Assembly (NCBI GenBank): GCA_033442325.1
Contig: JAWQFM010000021.1
Location: forward strand, 606,347-665,019
DNA length: 58,673 nucleotides
Direction of reading: 5' to 3'
DNA from: Salpingoeca rosetta
Lineage: Eukaryota > Protista > Choanoflagellata
Shown: positions 1-56,700 of the stretch, in pieces
Layout: each line of letters opens with the position of its first letter
How positions within the stretch are numbered: position 1 is the first letter of the stretch
Translations under genes and position numbers: made by a program
The notes under the pieces: generated by a model
Seen by the model: only the letters and a program-made list of their open reading frames with translations
The model's database searches: none
What the model was told of the DNA's origin: nothing

Positions 1-216
1 ACTAGCATGACCCTTTATGATTTATTGTTAGTCATGGCACTATTATATCCACCGTTCTTTGTGCGTACCCCGTTTTTTATTTCGTGGATGGGCTGACTTT
101 TTGTGAGTCAAATTCAGAGACCTTCGCTGAGAGTGGAGACTGCGTGTGTGAAGGGAAGCGACAATGGGGGAGAGAGCTCGTGTGAGTGCAACTGCTGGTG
201 CACACACACACACACA

Positions 217-256
<40 letters not shown>

Positions 257-382
257 ATCACCATCAAATCACCACCACCACCAACAACAACAACAACCGC
301 CACGTCAGATTTCCCCGCAACAAGCAACAAAGCGGACACACACACACAAGATACGACGCACCATCCAAACGAAAGAAAGAGC

Positions 383-12240
<11,858 letters not shown>

Positions 12241-14147
12241 GCAACCCGTGGCTTCCCCTTGTTACCATGTCGTTGCGGCGGGCCTTCTGCACGGCCTAAC
12301 CATCGGCACTTAAGCCTCCTGCCCCATCATCTTTTTGCGCTGTTTTTGCTTCTGGCATGTGCTCCTTCAACCACGCGCATAAGTGCGGAAGCATGCAAGC
12401 AAGCGTGGCGTGGCGTGGCGTGGGCGTTGGCGTGGGTGCATGTGTCTCACGTCCAGAACAACAAAGCCAACAAAGCAAAACAACAGTGTTTAGCTTGCGA
12501 AGCACCGTAGTCGACGTTGTCTTGGGGTTGGCGAACGAAAGCGTGTCCCACTTGTGGTTGGGTGCACCGCATGCAATGCATTTCAAAACGCCGGACCCAA
12601 CCCACACTTGCATGTTGTTGTGCGATTTGCCTGGTCGTTAGGCGATCCGCCCCGCAAGCACGCTGCACGGGCGCAAGCGAATGTACGAGACGATTGCGTT
12701 CTCGTTATGCAACGCGCGTGCGTGTGCGTTGCGCGTCTGGGCAGACACTTCCATCCGCAGTTGTGCTTGACGGTTCGTGTGGAAGTGCAAATTATTGCAC
12801 ACAGCCACGACGTGTGTCACTTTCCACACGCAACCCTCCCACATCAAGCCACACGCACACGCACACACGCGCCACTTCCACACATACAAGTCGGCACTTC
12901 CTCTCACCTGCTCTTCCTCCGTCATCGGCGTGGTCAAGCCTAAGCGCAGCGGAGAGGCCCTCAACCCGCACGCGATCATACCCCCCAATATCGGGTGCAC
13001 TCTTGCAGTGTTGCGCTTCCACCTCCACCTGTTGTTCCACCTCCACGGCCCGCCAGTGCCAAGCGCAAAACACCACCAGGTGCGTTGTTTGTTTGAGGTT
13101 TTGTGCTGGCTGTGTGTGCAGGTGATTTGATGTGATTGATGTTGTTGGACCATTTGGTGTCTCCGTTTTGCCCCGCCAACCATGAGCAACACACACACAC
13201 ACGCACACACACACACACGCACATCAAACGACCACACACGAAACCCCCTCCTTTTACCGCTCTTTTTTGACTTCGAAGCGGTCTCGGTGGTGGGTTTCGG
13301 ACGAGTGCGACTGACTGCAACAGCAACAGCAAATCAGCAATCAGCAGTGGCAAGCGGTGCGGGGCGAATGGGCGGGTCGATGGTGCGGCGCGTTTGTGTT
13401 TGTGTGTACAGCGGATGAGGCGTGACGCCCGGTGAGATGACGTCGACGCGTGAGCAACTCGCCCATGATTGTGCAGCACACTTCGACTACGATGACGCCG
13501 CCAACGTCATCAACATCAGCAACAACACACAGCACGTGCAATTGAGGCTTGAGCAAGGACGCGTAATCAAACACGCACTTGCTCGCTTGCTTGTGTGTTG
13601 TTCGCGTTTGGACGCCCGTTTCCGTCATCATAGCCACACCAGCCGCACGCACCCGACAGAGGAAGCAAAGAAGTGTAGGGGGAAGAGTTTACATTTGCAG
13701 CTGCGTGTCGAGGTACCAAGATGACAGGCATTCGATGCTACGATGATGAGTTGCGAGGGAGTGGCGTGTGTCATCTGCAACTTCTATGAGGCAGCCGATG
13801 AAGACAGCATGTAGTGGTTGTTCGTTCGTTCGTTCGTTCGTGAGAGCGAGGGATCGATCGACTACCCCGCCAGCCAGCCGTTGATGCGATGCTGCCTGTG
13901 TTGTCTCGAGCAAGCAAGCAAGCAAGCCACATCAGCACAACACTTAGATTGCCACCACGTCGCTTTTCCTCCATCCAGCCATGACACATCCCCAACACAC
14001 GTCCCTAACATAATCACCCAACGCTTGCACCACAACCCCAATGTTACTGCGAATTACTCATCACCATCGCAATGCGGCTGGCTTGTTGTGACAACGCGGG
14101 CATTGTTTGATTGCTCTTCTGTTGCTTGCAAGCAAGCAGGGAGGAGA

Positions 14148-17148
<3,001 letters not shown>

Positions 17149-18868
17149 CAACACCTGCGTCCGTGTTGTTGGTGTTGGTGTTGTTTGTGTTGTTGTTGAG
17201 TGACGACTGTTCTGACTGTTGTTTGTGTTGTTGTTGTGATGCTGGTGTTGTCGCTGTTACTGTTGCGTTTGTTGTTGAAAGGCTGTTGCTCGACGTTGTA
17301 ATGTCGTCGCGCCGACGGTAGTGTGACTTTGTCGTCGTCGTGCGGTGTGCGCTTTTGTTGCGGGATGCAGCTGGTGTGGGGTTCACATGCGCCACACTCG
17401 CAAGCCAGTGTGCTTTCCGCTGCTTCGTCTTTGCCCTCCCTCTAAGCTCTCTCTGGTTGATCATGTTCTCTTTCTTCCGATACGCTTCATCCGTCTTCCT
17501 TCGTCTCGATACGTTCATCCTTTCATCTTCGTGTCACCTCGTGGCGTGTAGTCCTCAGGCCCTCCTCCCTTGTGCCATGCTTGCCACCATGCATGCTTGC
17601 ACTCTGCCAGCTCGCTTGATCCTTGTCTTTTCTCACCACGACATGCTGGTGGCGTGTTGTCCTCGCGCTGTACATCTTGTACATTGGTCCCCAACATCAT
17701 GTCTTCATGTCACATCACTTTACATTACTCCTAGTTGTCTTCCGTCATCGAGTCATCATTGCTTCACTGCTGTCTCCTCCTTCCTCCCCGGCATGCTGTG
17801 TGTAAGCAACGGATGTGCATACGTTCTTAAATGGTTGCTGACTGCCATTCCACGTTCACTGCCGCACTCAAACGCATCCAAAACGCGTTCATGTGCCCTT
17901 GTGTCCATTATTGTTGTTCGCCTCTCGGTTCGGTGTCCATACGTTTGTACGTGTACAACTCTCAGAACTCTCTCACTCTTGATATCGCTCGCGTTGCTTG
18001 GTTGAGGCTGCGCATGTCCGTTTCGATGGTGCATGACGCTGCGTTCATCTCTCTGTGCCATCACTGCAGCTGTCGCACCCTGGCTGTGCTCGCTTGCTTC
18101 CTGAAGTGCACTTGGTCCGTCTTGGTCCGCTCGTCATCTTCATGCCCTCAGTTCTTCGCTGCGCTGCGCTGCTTCGTCTGACCGTCTCATAAATGCAATT
18201 CTTCGTTGTGTTGACATGCGACGCGATTGCTGTGAACATGTGGGACATGTGGGTTGCTGGTGTGAGCATGTGTGCTGGATGGACGGGTGGCACTGAGTGG
18301 GGTGCAGGACAACGGGACATCTGCGTGTACATGCTGATGTCTCGTGTGTTCTTGTGTCTGTTGGTGTGTCTGTTGGTTTCAGCGTGCTTGCTTGCAGGCA
18401 ACGTGGGGTGTTCGGGGTTTGAATGGTGTGCTCCACGCACAGCATCACTCATGAACACCGGTTGACCGCATGCTTGCTGATAAGTTGTGTTGTGGTCATT
18501 GTTGTGGTTGTGAAGTTTGTCCGGACATGTCTGAGCCACTTTGTGATATCTTGCACAATGTGTATGTGGTCGACTGAGCAGTTCTTGTCGTTCACGCATC
18601 GTGCACGAGAAAGACACGAATGGGTGCGAGCGAGGAACGTGTTACGACAAGTTCATGGTCACAGAAAGGAGAGGGGGGAGGAAGTTGCTGCATGGCGCGG
18701 CTGATGGCAAGCACACATGAAAGGAGCCACGTGCACATGGATGAGTGCACGAGGAAAGGCACACAGACACGGGAGAGGAGGAAGAAGAAGACGATCAGCA
18801 AGAACAACAAGCACAGATGCAAGAAAAGTAAGGGAGCAGACGGGGTGTGTTGCGCTGCGCTGTGCTGT

Positions 18869-21279
<2,411 letters not shown>

Positions 21280-21386
21280 CTTGCCTTCTTCTTGGTTGCT
21301 TTTGGTTGTCGTCGTGGCAGTTGGCAGTTGTGGTGGTAAAAATAAATACGTTACATTTTGGTTTGATGCACTTAAGCCGGAAAACC

Positions 21387-21399
21387 CGCTGAGTCAGCA
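21387..21399. promoter_or_regulatory. Palindromic bZIP-type site CGCTGAGTCAGCA (AP-1/MARE-like) in the divergent promoter between the thioredoxin gene and the giant gene
   Basis: Lies in an AT-richer, microsatellite-free stretch between ATGs at 21279(-) and 21818(+). The identical 13-mer occurs reverse-complemented at 52781-52793. Confidence 0.4.
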
Positions 21400-21817
21400 G
21401 ATTTTGGTACGTCTTGTTTTTCTTTGCTTTGTTTGGGTTTTTCGCCTGCACAGCGAAACAAGACGCGCACTTTCCTCTTGACCGACCAACAAACACAAAC
21501 GCGGCGATCGCTTTTTTTCACTGACAACAAGGTCCATCACCCTGCGCGCCAGGCCAACTTGCACACACCAAACGCTTGTCGCCCATTCCTGCCACCTGAT
21601 CCTGCACACACACGAGCTCACACGCACCCATCCTCACACACGCAGGGACGACTGATCTGGGATCTTGATTTGTTTGTCAGCGGAGAAGAAGAAGAAGGAA
21701 GAAGGAAAGAAACAGACGAAAGAAACAAACCAACAGACACCAAGAAGAAGTGAAGCAGCCAGCTTCACTTTGTGTTTTGCTTGCTTGCTTGCTCGCTTGG
21801 GATTGTGCATCATCAGC

Positions 21818-47109
<25,292 letters not shown>

Positions 47110-48433
47110 TGTCACGGCATCCCCCACCTGGCTGGCGCCCCTGGTCCTTCATCCAACCCATTGATACCCACGCCATCCACCATCATCACCCATCAATCAT
47201 CCATCAAATGAGTTTACCCACCGAGCTTTTGTTGTTGCATGCGCTGGACCTCCTGCTGTTCACTCTGTTTTGTGGTGGTGTTTGTTACTCGCCACCTGTG
47301 CTTTTTCCGCACCGCCTGTGTTTTTCTTTTCCACCGTTTCTTGCCTGCTTCTATTCTGTGTCTTGCTTCCTTTGACTGTTGCTCGTCGCTTTTCCTTGTC
47401 TCTCTGTGTGTGTTGTGCACCCCCCCCCCGCAGCCAAACACCTCCCTCCAATCCATCAGCCTTCGTTCTGCCACCCATACACACACCCACACAAGCGACT
47501 CAAGACTCGGCATGACAACAATGGGTGTTTACTTGGCTGCCTGTTGGCTGTGCAGACACAGTCTGCTCGCAAGGCATCGAAGGTGCAGGCAAAGGGGCAA
47601 GCGCAAGCAAGACGAGGAGGAATAAGAAGGGGATAAGGCGGTGGTCGATAGCAGAGACACGATGGTGTGCAACAACAACAGCATACCCCAAAAAGAAGCA
47701 AGCAAGGCGCACTTCTTGCTGAGAGGGGGGGGGCTGATGTGAAGAGGGCAATCAAGCAAAGAAACATACCATGTGGCAACGCACTACTTGCCTACAACGA
47801 AAAGCAACCGACCATAGACCACAAACAGCGGGGGGTGTAACAATGACAACCCTACAACCCGTGGGAGGGAGGAAAATAACAATTCAAAATACGGTCAACA
47901 CGTGCTTGGCAGTAAGATGCCAGAGGGGTTTGAGAAGAGAGCAGCGTGGTGTACACATCTATACACAACACATGGTGAACATATCTATACACAACACATT
48001 CACACGCGTACACTGCATGCATGGCTTGGGCGCAAGGGAAACAGGCGAAAATGATACAGGAGAGACACAACCCATCCAGAAAGAGAGAGAGAGAAAGAAC
48101 CATGAGATGAATGGCAAGAAAACAGAAAGGAACAGAGGTGACATTCCTTCATGCACGGCCGGATGGATAGGTGGGAGGAAAACAGGTGCAATGACCAGTA
48201 CGTGCCGTAACACTAACAGACACATATGCACACACGCTAAACGCGTGTACGCACCACACACACAGACACACACAGACACACACAGACACACACAGACACA
48301 CACAGACACACACACACACACACACACAGACACACACACACACAGAACAGCACAAACTCTCACACAGCACACACACACAGAACAGCACAAACTCGCTCAC
48401 TCATTCACAGACATGCACATGCGCGCCTCGTCG

Positions 48434-50360
48434 TCACATGGTGCTGGTGCGGTGAGGAAAGGCACCCGGCAGCCTGTCTGGTGAGAGCAGGTTCGCTGTG
48501 CGGGTTGGAGAAGGCGGCGCGTCAAGATGGCCGTACGTTTCGTGGTGCGCCTTTGTGGTGCTGCTGCCAGCCGCGGCAGTGACGTCGACAATCTGCAGCA
48601 GGCCCAGGTCCTCGTGGCGCTGGTGCGGGTTGGCCTGGTTGCGCGAGGGCAGCAGCGGGGCAGAGTCGACGGATGCCGTGTCCGCTGCTGGGTCGGCCAT
48701 GGAGAGGAAGAGGTCATCCACGGAGCGCCAGTGGCCAAGGTGCTGCGTCTCGTACTCCAGCTGGCGCAGCGCGTCGGAGGTGAGCGGCGTCTGCACGATT
48801 GGCGGGGCACAGGAGGAGGAGCGGGAGCGGTTGCCTGCAAGCATGGGAAGGGATCGGTTCATGGTTGCGCTGCGGCTGAGGGCAGCCTTGGGCCTGTTGG
48901 CCGGCGTGCCTGCGTGCTGCTGCGTGTAGTTGTAGCTGTTGCGGTTGCTCGGGGTGAGGTTGTTGAAGTTGAACGCGGATGTGGTTGTGTTGTTGAAGGA
49001 CGAGTGGTGGCAGGTGCTGGGCTTGGCCGTGGCGACACGGGAGGCAGGCGTGTTGTTGAGGTTGGTGGTGGTGGGGCTGCGCGGCAGCTCGGGCATCAGA
49101 GCGGACCGCTGGCGGGACATGTGCGGTGTTGCTGGACGCGAGATGGGAAAGTGGTCAATGTACCGGGAAATCACATGCGACAGGTACGTTTGGGACTGGT
49201 GGTGCTGCATGCCGAGGGGGCTTGGGCTTCGGGCGCGCGCTGTGGCCTGCTCTCCGTTGCTGTGTTCGCCCGTCCCGCGGCGCTGCTTGCCAGAGTCACC
49301 GCTGCTGCGGCCCTGATGGCTCTCCTGTCCATCCCCGCTGCCAGACATGGCTTCCTGCAACGAGAACATGGCCGGGCTGCGGCTGTTGTGGGGGAGGGAG
49401 ACGAGATGTGCAGATCGAGAGTGTAAGAAGAGAGTGTGTGTGTGTATGTGTGTATGTGTGTGTGTGTGTGTGGGGAGCGAGTACGATCGAGGCGCACTCA
49501 TAAGCAGATGCTCGCTTGCTTGCAGGCACGCAATTGACAAGAGCAAAGGCAACACATGACGCGACACCAAGCAAGCAAGCAGGCAGGGGAATGCTCCTTT
49601 GAAAAGAAAGCCAGGCAAACCACCACCACCACCACTACGCAAAGCATCAACACAATTTGTGAGCAACCAACCTTGCCCTGTTGAAGGAGAGCGTCGAGTC
49701 TGAGGGGTGGAGCTGATGGCGAACGGACAGCGTGGTGGCCCGGGTCGTGAGCATGCTCGAGGGAGAAGGCAATCCAAGTTGCTGCTGCTGTTGCGCATCG
49801 CTGTGTTGCTGCTGGTGGTGGTTGTGGGGGAGGGAGTTGAACTTGTGGCTACTGCGATGGCTTGCGCGCTGAGTGCGCAATGTGGGCCGCAGGTTGGCAG
49901 GCAGTGTGTTCGACTTGGAGCGAGGGCGCTGCTTGAGCTGCTGTTTGTTGGCTGCGCTTGCTGCGGCGGTCGGGGACGACGCTCTCTGGTGATGCTGCCG
50001 GTGGGGTGAGGTGCCCAGCGGAGACACGCAGCGCTGCGGGGTGGCCACGCGCGTTGGGGAGCCGAGCAGGTCCGGCGACGTCTTGGGCATGCTGTGCGCG
50101 TTGTTGTTGTTGTTGCTGTTGGCGGAGTTGTGGAGGAGGAATGGCATGCGCTGTGCTGCGCTGCTGGTCTCTCTGGGCACCGTGGTCACGGTGAGCATTG
50201 GCGGGGCCGGTGAGATGTTGAGAGGAGGAGGACCGGGGTGAGCCTTGCCGGTCTTCTTTGGGGTGCGGGCGCGTGCCTGCGGTGATTTGGGTGGACGCGC
50301 GGCGTCTGTGCCTGAAGAGCCCGTGTGCGAGTTATCGCCAAAGAGCTCCGAGGACATCAT
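48434..50360 (-). CDS. Hypothetical intrinsically disordered Ser/Pro/Arg/His-rich protein (2 exons, ~545 aa)
   Basis: Exon 1 runs 50360-49672 (MMSSELFG...NRA, donor AG|GTTGGT). Exon 2 runs 49382-48434 (acceptor ACAACAG|C, then RSPAMFSLQ...RTSTM*). The junction is phase-compatible. Confidence 0.7.
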
Positions 50361-50390
50361 CGTGGCAGGTGTGGTCGATCAAGCGAGCAC

Positions 50391-50553
<163 letters not shown>

Positions 50554-52780
50554 GAGGTAGAGGGCACTTGTTCTTGGAAGGGCTTGCTTGGTGAATGGAA
50601 GGCGGCTCAAAAACAAAGGCTGCGATGCTGGCTGTGTGGCTGGACTGGAACGAATGAACGAATGAATGAATAGAGACACTCTGAGCAGCGGGTGCGCGCT
50701 TTGGTTTGCAGAGGCGAGGCCGTGGTGATATGCGGTGGCGGTGTTGGTGGTCGTGGTGATATGCCGTGGCGATATGCGGTGGTGGTATGTGGAGATGGCC
50801 CACACGCGCACGCGAGGAGAGGCGGTGGGAGCGGAAGCAAGGGGGGGGGGAAGAGAGAAAAATGGCTCGGTGAGAAAGATGTGGTCGAGCAACACAAGCA
50901 CGGCCGCACGTCGATATGTGTCGTGAAAAACAAATTGGAGCAGAGGGGGCCAGCAAGACGAGCGAGAACGTAAGGTGGTATGCGTGTATGTGTGCTTGAG
51001 AGTTCGGGAAGTGGGGAAGAGGAGAGCTATGCGTGTTGGGTGTGTGAGATGGAGCTGGGGATGGTTGTGCTGCTGTGGAACCTGGGATGCTGGCGGTGGC
51101 GGTGGGTTTGGGGGGTTTGGGAGGTGGGGTGCGCACGATGCAAGACGGAACAGTGGAATGCTTGGCTTGGTAATGACGCGTGGGTGTGGTTATGTGATGT
51201 GTGATGTGATGTCAACCAGGAAATGGCCGCTGCGGTGGTGGCGGTGGTGGTTGTGGCAAAGCTGGTGGTGGTGGTGGATGACGCAGAGCAAGTGGGCCTG
51301 CGTGTATGGCCTGGGTCTGTGTGGTTGCGTGTAGGTGTGGGGGTGCTGTGGTCGTGGTGCTGGCGGTGCCTTGGCGGTATGTTTAGCTGGGGAGGGGGGG
51401 AGGTTTAGGGTGTCTCATATGCAAGCTGGAAGGTGAAGCAAGAAGAAGGTATGATGGTCATGTATGTCGTTGCATCGACGGCTCACCTGAGAGAGACGGA
51501 GAGGTTTGGTCGTGTTGGGAGTTCTGTGAATGGTGTCGTGGCTCGGCCGGGTGCAGGTGGCTGGCGGGATAGGCAGGCTGCGCGCGGTTTAACACAGTGT
51601 GAAGGCGAGAGTTGAAGCCGTGTTTCGGGCGTGTGAGTGGGTTGGCAGTTGGTTGTCAATGGTTGGCGGGTGGCGATATGGGGGGTTGTTTGGTGTTGCT
51701 TCAGGCCGTGGTGGTCCTTTGCGTGTTTGTGTTCTTTCTTGCTTGCTTCTTGTGTTGCTCGTGGAGAAGGACACAAGCACGTCGGCGTGATGCGATGTGT
51801 GAGAAAATGCATCTTCCGTCTTCGCTCGCGACCAACCCATTCCAACCCACCCAGCTGCGTTGGGGTGTTTCGGTGGTGTTGGTGCTGGTGCAAGAAAGCA
51901 TGCAGCAACGACGACGACGACGACAGAAGAAGCGGCTTGACAACAAGCACGGCTGCTGTGGCTGCTTGGCGGTGGGTTGGGTTTGTTGTGGCGGCAACAA
52001 CACGAGGACACAACGATGTTTTGGGGAGCACTGGCGATGTCGTCGGCGATATGACGCGTTAAGGATTGGGTCACACACACAAAGCAACGACCCAAGCCCA
52101 AAGTTACGAGCGAGACGCACGGAAGTTCCCATCACCAACAGCAGTGCGATGCGCGGGAAGTGAAGTGGTTTGCCCTTGTTTGTCACGCACGATGCAGCGC
52201 TCTTTTGTGGTGAGGAGGGTTGGGGCACCAAAAAGGCCACGACCCGAACCGCGACACATGACGCAGGACGTTTAGGTGGTTTGTCAGGCAACCAACCTCC
52301 ACGTTTTCACGGCGCCCGTGGAATCCACTTCACGAACGCGTGCGTGGTGGTTGGCTGGGGTGTGCTGTGGCTGTGTTTCTTTCCCTTTGTTCTCTTTCTG
52401 TCTCTTTGGTTGTTTGTGCAGTTGCTGTTGAGAACTTGGTGACGTGAACGCCTTCCTCCCTGACCACCATCATCACGTTGGTTGGGTTTCCGTGCGCTTC
52501 TGTTGCTTCTTTCTACACTTTGGCAAGTGCCTTCGCCACTTTGCACGTTTGTCAGCCTCGATACGCCAAGCACCGCTCTAAACGTGAAGGTACGTGCGGG
52601 CGGGTTGTGTCATGTCACATCAAATCATGTCACACATCCCCGACACCAAACGAGAAACGACTTTCGCATGTTTCTTGCTTGGAATGCGCGCGCGAAAGAA
52701 CACAACAGAACACACATCGCCACCACGTGTGAGTCCTACTTCGATTCGGGTTTTTCGTCAGGGATAATGCGCGGGGTTTT

Positions 52781-52793
52781 TGCTGACTCAGCG
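52781..52793. promoter_or_regulatory. Palindromic bZIP-type site TGCTGACTCAGCG (AP-1/MARE-like) in the divergent intergenic region
   Basis: Exact reverse complement of 21387-21399. Preceded by a T-run and located between the head-to-head 50360(-) and CK1(+) genes. Confidence 0.4.
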
Positions 52794-53702
52794 TTGTTGT
52801 TCGTGTGGGGGTTTTTTTTGGTCAGCCCCAACCAGCCAGCAGACAGACAGAAAACCAAAAAAAAAAAAGAAAGAAAAATCTTCTGCTCCCCGCAACGAGC
52901 AGCCAGCAGCAACGGTTGGCGAGGCGATTGGTGAGGGGGAGATGACGGATGGGTGTGGATGGTGGTGGTATTCCGCGCTGCTTGTGAGTGTGTAAGAGCT
53001 GTTGTGTGTGTGTGAGTTGTGTGTGTGTTGTGTGTGTGTATGTGTGTGTATGTATGTGTATGTCGCCTGCCCTGCTCTGCCTGCCCTGCCCTGCCCTGGC
53101 CGTGGGAAAGGTCCCACGTACACACACCCACGCACACAGCCCATGCATATCCACATGCACATGCACATGCACACGGACGCAGTGTCTATCCACTTCATTC
53201 TGTGTACACAACGTCACAAACACAAATCACATCATCCGCACTGTCGTCCCTGACATTTTCTCACTCACTCACCCCCCCCCCCCTCCCAACACATACACAC
53301 ACGCAACGAACGAACGAACGAACGAAACATCATCCTCATTACACGCACACACCAGACCAACCGTGCATCACATCATCCGCCTCACGGGCGTTGCCGCAAT
53401 TTCCCTGACCACCAGGTGTGTGTGTGTGTGTGTGTGTCGACTGAAGGCAGTGCGTGGCTGCCATTGCCTCGCTTGCCTTTGTGAGACACGCAAGTTGTGC
53501 CGCAGCCCAGCTGCAGCAACGCATTCTCAAAGCTCACTTTCCTCCGCGCCACCACGCTGTCCATCGACGCTTGCAGAAAACTAGCCCTTCCCTCTCCTTT
53601 ACCCTTGCATCGTCAAGGCCACACCAAAGCAGGGGCACACAGGTGGGTTGGTGAAGTTATGTTATGTGTGTTGTGTGTTGCGTGTGTGTGTTGTGAGTGT
53701 TA

Positions 53703-53758
<56 letters not shown>

Positions 53759-54721
53759 GTGTTGGCGTGTCGATCGATTGGATGCGTGGGCGATCGAGAT
53801 GGCGTGAGGTTGTGTGGAAGGCACTCCAGAGTGAGCGCATGGCAGCGTGTGATTCCCACCCACCCCAACCACACAAATGACGCCACCAGCCATGCCACCA
53901 CCCTAACGTGCAAGGTGGCACACGCACGCACGTTTGCTGTTTGTGTCGTTCGTTGCCTCCCTTCGCTGCCTTCCTCCATATTGCCAACTTGTGCCCATAC
54001 TTGTTGCCCATTTGTCGCCTCTGTCGCCTCTGTGTTCTTTTCGTCTCCTTTGCGTGTCTTTCGTGCCCCTCCTCCGTTTCGCGCCCCTCCTGCGTTTTTG
54101 CTCTTCTTTCTGCGGCTCGTCGGCGCGTCGCCTCTGCTTCCCCCCCCCCCTCTCTCTCTCTCTGTGCCCACTCTCAATTTCAACACACCGTTCCCACCGC
54201 TCCCTGTTATGTATCACTCCCACCACCTTGCACGCCACAAGCACCACCACAACACCAACGACACCAACGACACCCTCACCTCCACCACAAAAACAGCAGC
54301 TGCAACTGCCACAATCGCAACAACCACAGTAGCAACAACTGCAGCAACCACTATCACCCTGACTCCCACTCCCACTCCCACTCCCACAACTGCAGCACCC
54401 ACCACCCCCAAACACGCGCGCTCACACGGCCACCACACCCCCACCAAACGCCTCCCTCGCAAAAGCTCACTCCGTCGTGAATCCGCCTCTTGCGTGCTTC
54501 CGCCGCTTGTCGATCGCTCCCCACACCACAAACGCCCTTCGACCCACGTCTCGCTCCGCCCGCGCGCTGCCACAGGCCGTGAGCACACGTCCCCGAGGCT
54601 TCCTGCAGCAACACGCACCGGGCGCTCCCACTCTCTGGCCCTTTCGCCACAACCACCACCACCACCACCACCAACAGCACCAACCAAACACCAGCACCAA
54701 CAGCAGCACCAGCAGCGAGCC

Positions 54722-54999
54722 ATGGAGCTTCGCGTGGGTACCAAGTACCGCATTGGCCGCAAGATTGGCTTTGGCTCCTTTGGTGACATCTACATTGGCA
54801 CAGACATCACTACGGGCGAGGAGGTGGCCATCAAGCTCGAGAACGTCTCCACCCCGCACCCGCAGCTCCAGTACGAGTCAAAACTCTACAAGATCCTCCA
54901 GGGCGGCGGTGCGTCCATACTCTGCGGAGTGTGCGTGGTGGGAGGAGGGGAGAGAAGGGAGGGGAACGTTAGAACATGCATGTGTGCGTGTGCGTGTGT

Positions 55000-55032
<33 letters not shown>

Positions 55033-56307
55033 CGTGTGCGTGTGCGTGTGCGTGTGCGTGTATGCCTGGTAATTGTTTGTTTTCTTTGAGTCTTGTTCAC
55101 GTCTGTTGCGTGGTGTTCTGCCTGTTTGTGTTTTGGCACTCACGTTTGCTGTGACGCCTAAATCTCACGACCGTAACCATGCGCTATGTTGGCCACCGGC
55201 ACCACGCAGAGGGCATCCCGCAGCTCAAGTGGTATGGCGTGGAGGGCGACTACAATGTCATGGTGATGGAGCTGCTTGGGCCGAGCCTCGAGGACCTGTT
55301 CAACTTCTGCAACAGAAAGTTCTCCGTCAAAACCGTATTGATGCTCGCCGACCAAATGGTGCGTGAGTTGTGTTGTGTTGTGTGGTGTTGTTGTGTTGTG
55401 TTGTGTTGTGTTGTGTTGTGTACATCGTGTGGTGCGGTGTGTCGTGTGGTGTTTCAATTTTTGCATCTCACTGCTGCCGGTGGCTTGTCCGTTCATTTCC
55501 CCGTCCCTTCTTGCTCATGCCGCTCCTGACCTTGTGCTGATAGATCAATCGCATTGAGTACGTCCACAACCGCAACTTCATCCATCGTGATATCAAACCC
55601 GACAACTTCATGATGGGCCTCGCCAGGAGGGGTAACCTGGTCAGTCGAGTGTGTGTGTGTGTGTGTGTGTGTGTCTGTATGTCTGTGAGTGTGAGTGTGA
55701 GAGTGTGCGTGTGTGTGTTGACGCATGCATTGTCTCTTCTTAACCCTCCCTTCTCCGCTTCTGTGAAGCACGTACATTTCCACAACTCACACAACGTCCC
55801 ATAACCCATCACCCCCCCCCCCCCTTTCTCTCTCTCTCCTTGCCGCAGGTGTATCTGATTGACTTTGGCCTGGCCAAGCGCTACCGCGACTCGCGTACGC
55901 ATGCGCACATCCCCTACCGCGAGAACAAGAACCTCACCGGCACCGCCCGCTACGCCAGCATCAACACCCACCTCGGCATTGGTCAGTGCGGCCACACCTG
56001 CTTGCTTGTATTGGAAGAAGAGGGGAGAAGCAGGGGGGGGGGGTTGTGTGCTTTGCAATCTCGTGTGTGTGTGTGTGTGTGTGTGCGTACAGCCGTGCGT
56101 ACAGCCGTGCGTGCAAATGCGCTGCCGTTGCTCGCTTCTGACGTTGTCATCTCGGCCGTTTGCTTTGTCGTCTACTTCATATGCTGCGCGGTACAACTGT
56201 TTTGCGGTGGTCAGAGCAAAGTCGACGCGACGACCTGGAGTCGCTTGGCTATGTCCTCATGTACTTCAACCGCGGCAGCCTCCCCTGGCAGGGACTCAAG
56301 GTCAGCG

Positions 56308-56389
<82 letters not shown>

Positions 56390-56618
56390 NNNNNNNNNNN
56401 NNNNNNNNNNNNNNNNNNNNNNNNNNNNNNNNNNNNNNNNNNNNNNNNNNNNNNNNNNNNNNNNNNNNNNNNNNNNNNNNNNNNNNNNNNNNNNNNNNNN
56501 NNNNNNNNNNNNNNNNNNNNNNNNNNNNNNNNNNNNNNNNNNNNNNNNNNNNNNNNNNNNNNNNNNNNNNNNNNNNNNNNNNNNNNNNNNNNNNNNNNNN
56601 NNNNNNNATGAGAGAGCG

Positions 56619-56700
<82 letters not shown>

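Noticed and set aside
1-120. Short inverted repeats (CATGAC/GTCATG, ATCCAC/GTGGAT) suggesting an ncRNA or transposon end
   Set aside because: Stems are only ~6 bp and the region is cut by the window edge; insufficient support.
12500-13750. Possible small gene between the IRE1-like and polyQ genes
   Set aside because: Some splice-like signals and coding-looking patches, but I could not build a phase-consistent open model or recognise a motif. Left unannotated.
17150-18860. ORFs of 100-220 aa between the convergent 3' ends
   Set aside because: No codon bias or motifs and frequent stops; likely 3'UTR or intergenic sequence.
50600-54200. ORFs in the long region between the divergent 50360(-) and CK1 genes
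   Set aside because: Low-complexity translations with no coherent exon chain; probably promoters, 5'UTRs and UTR introns.
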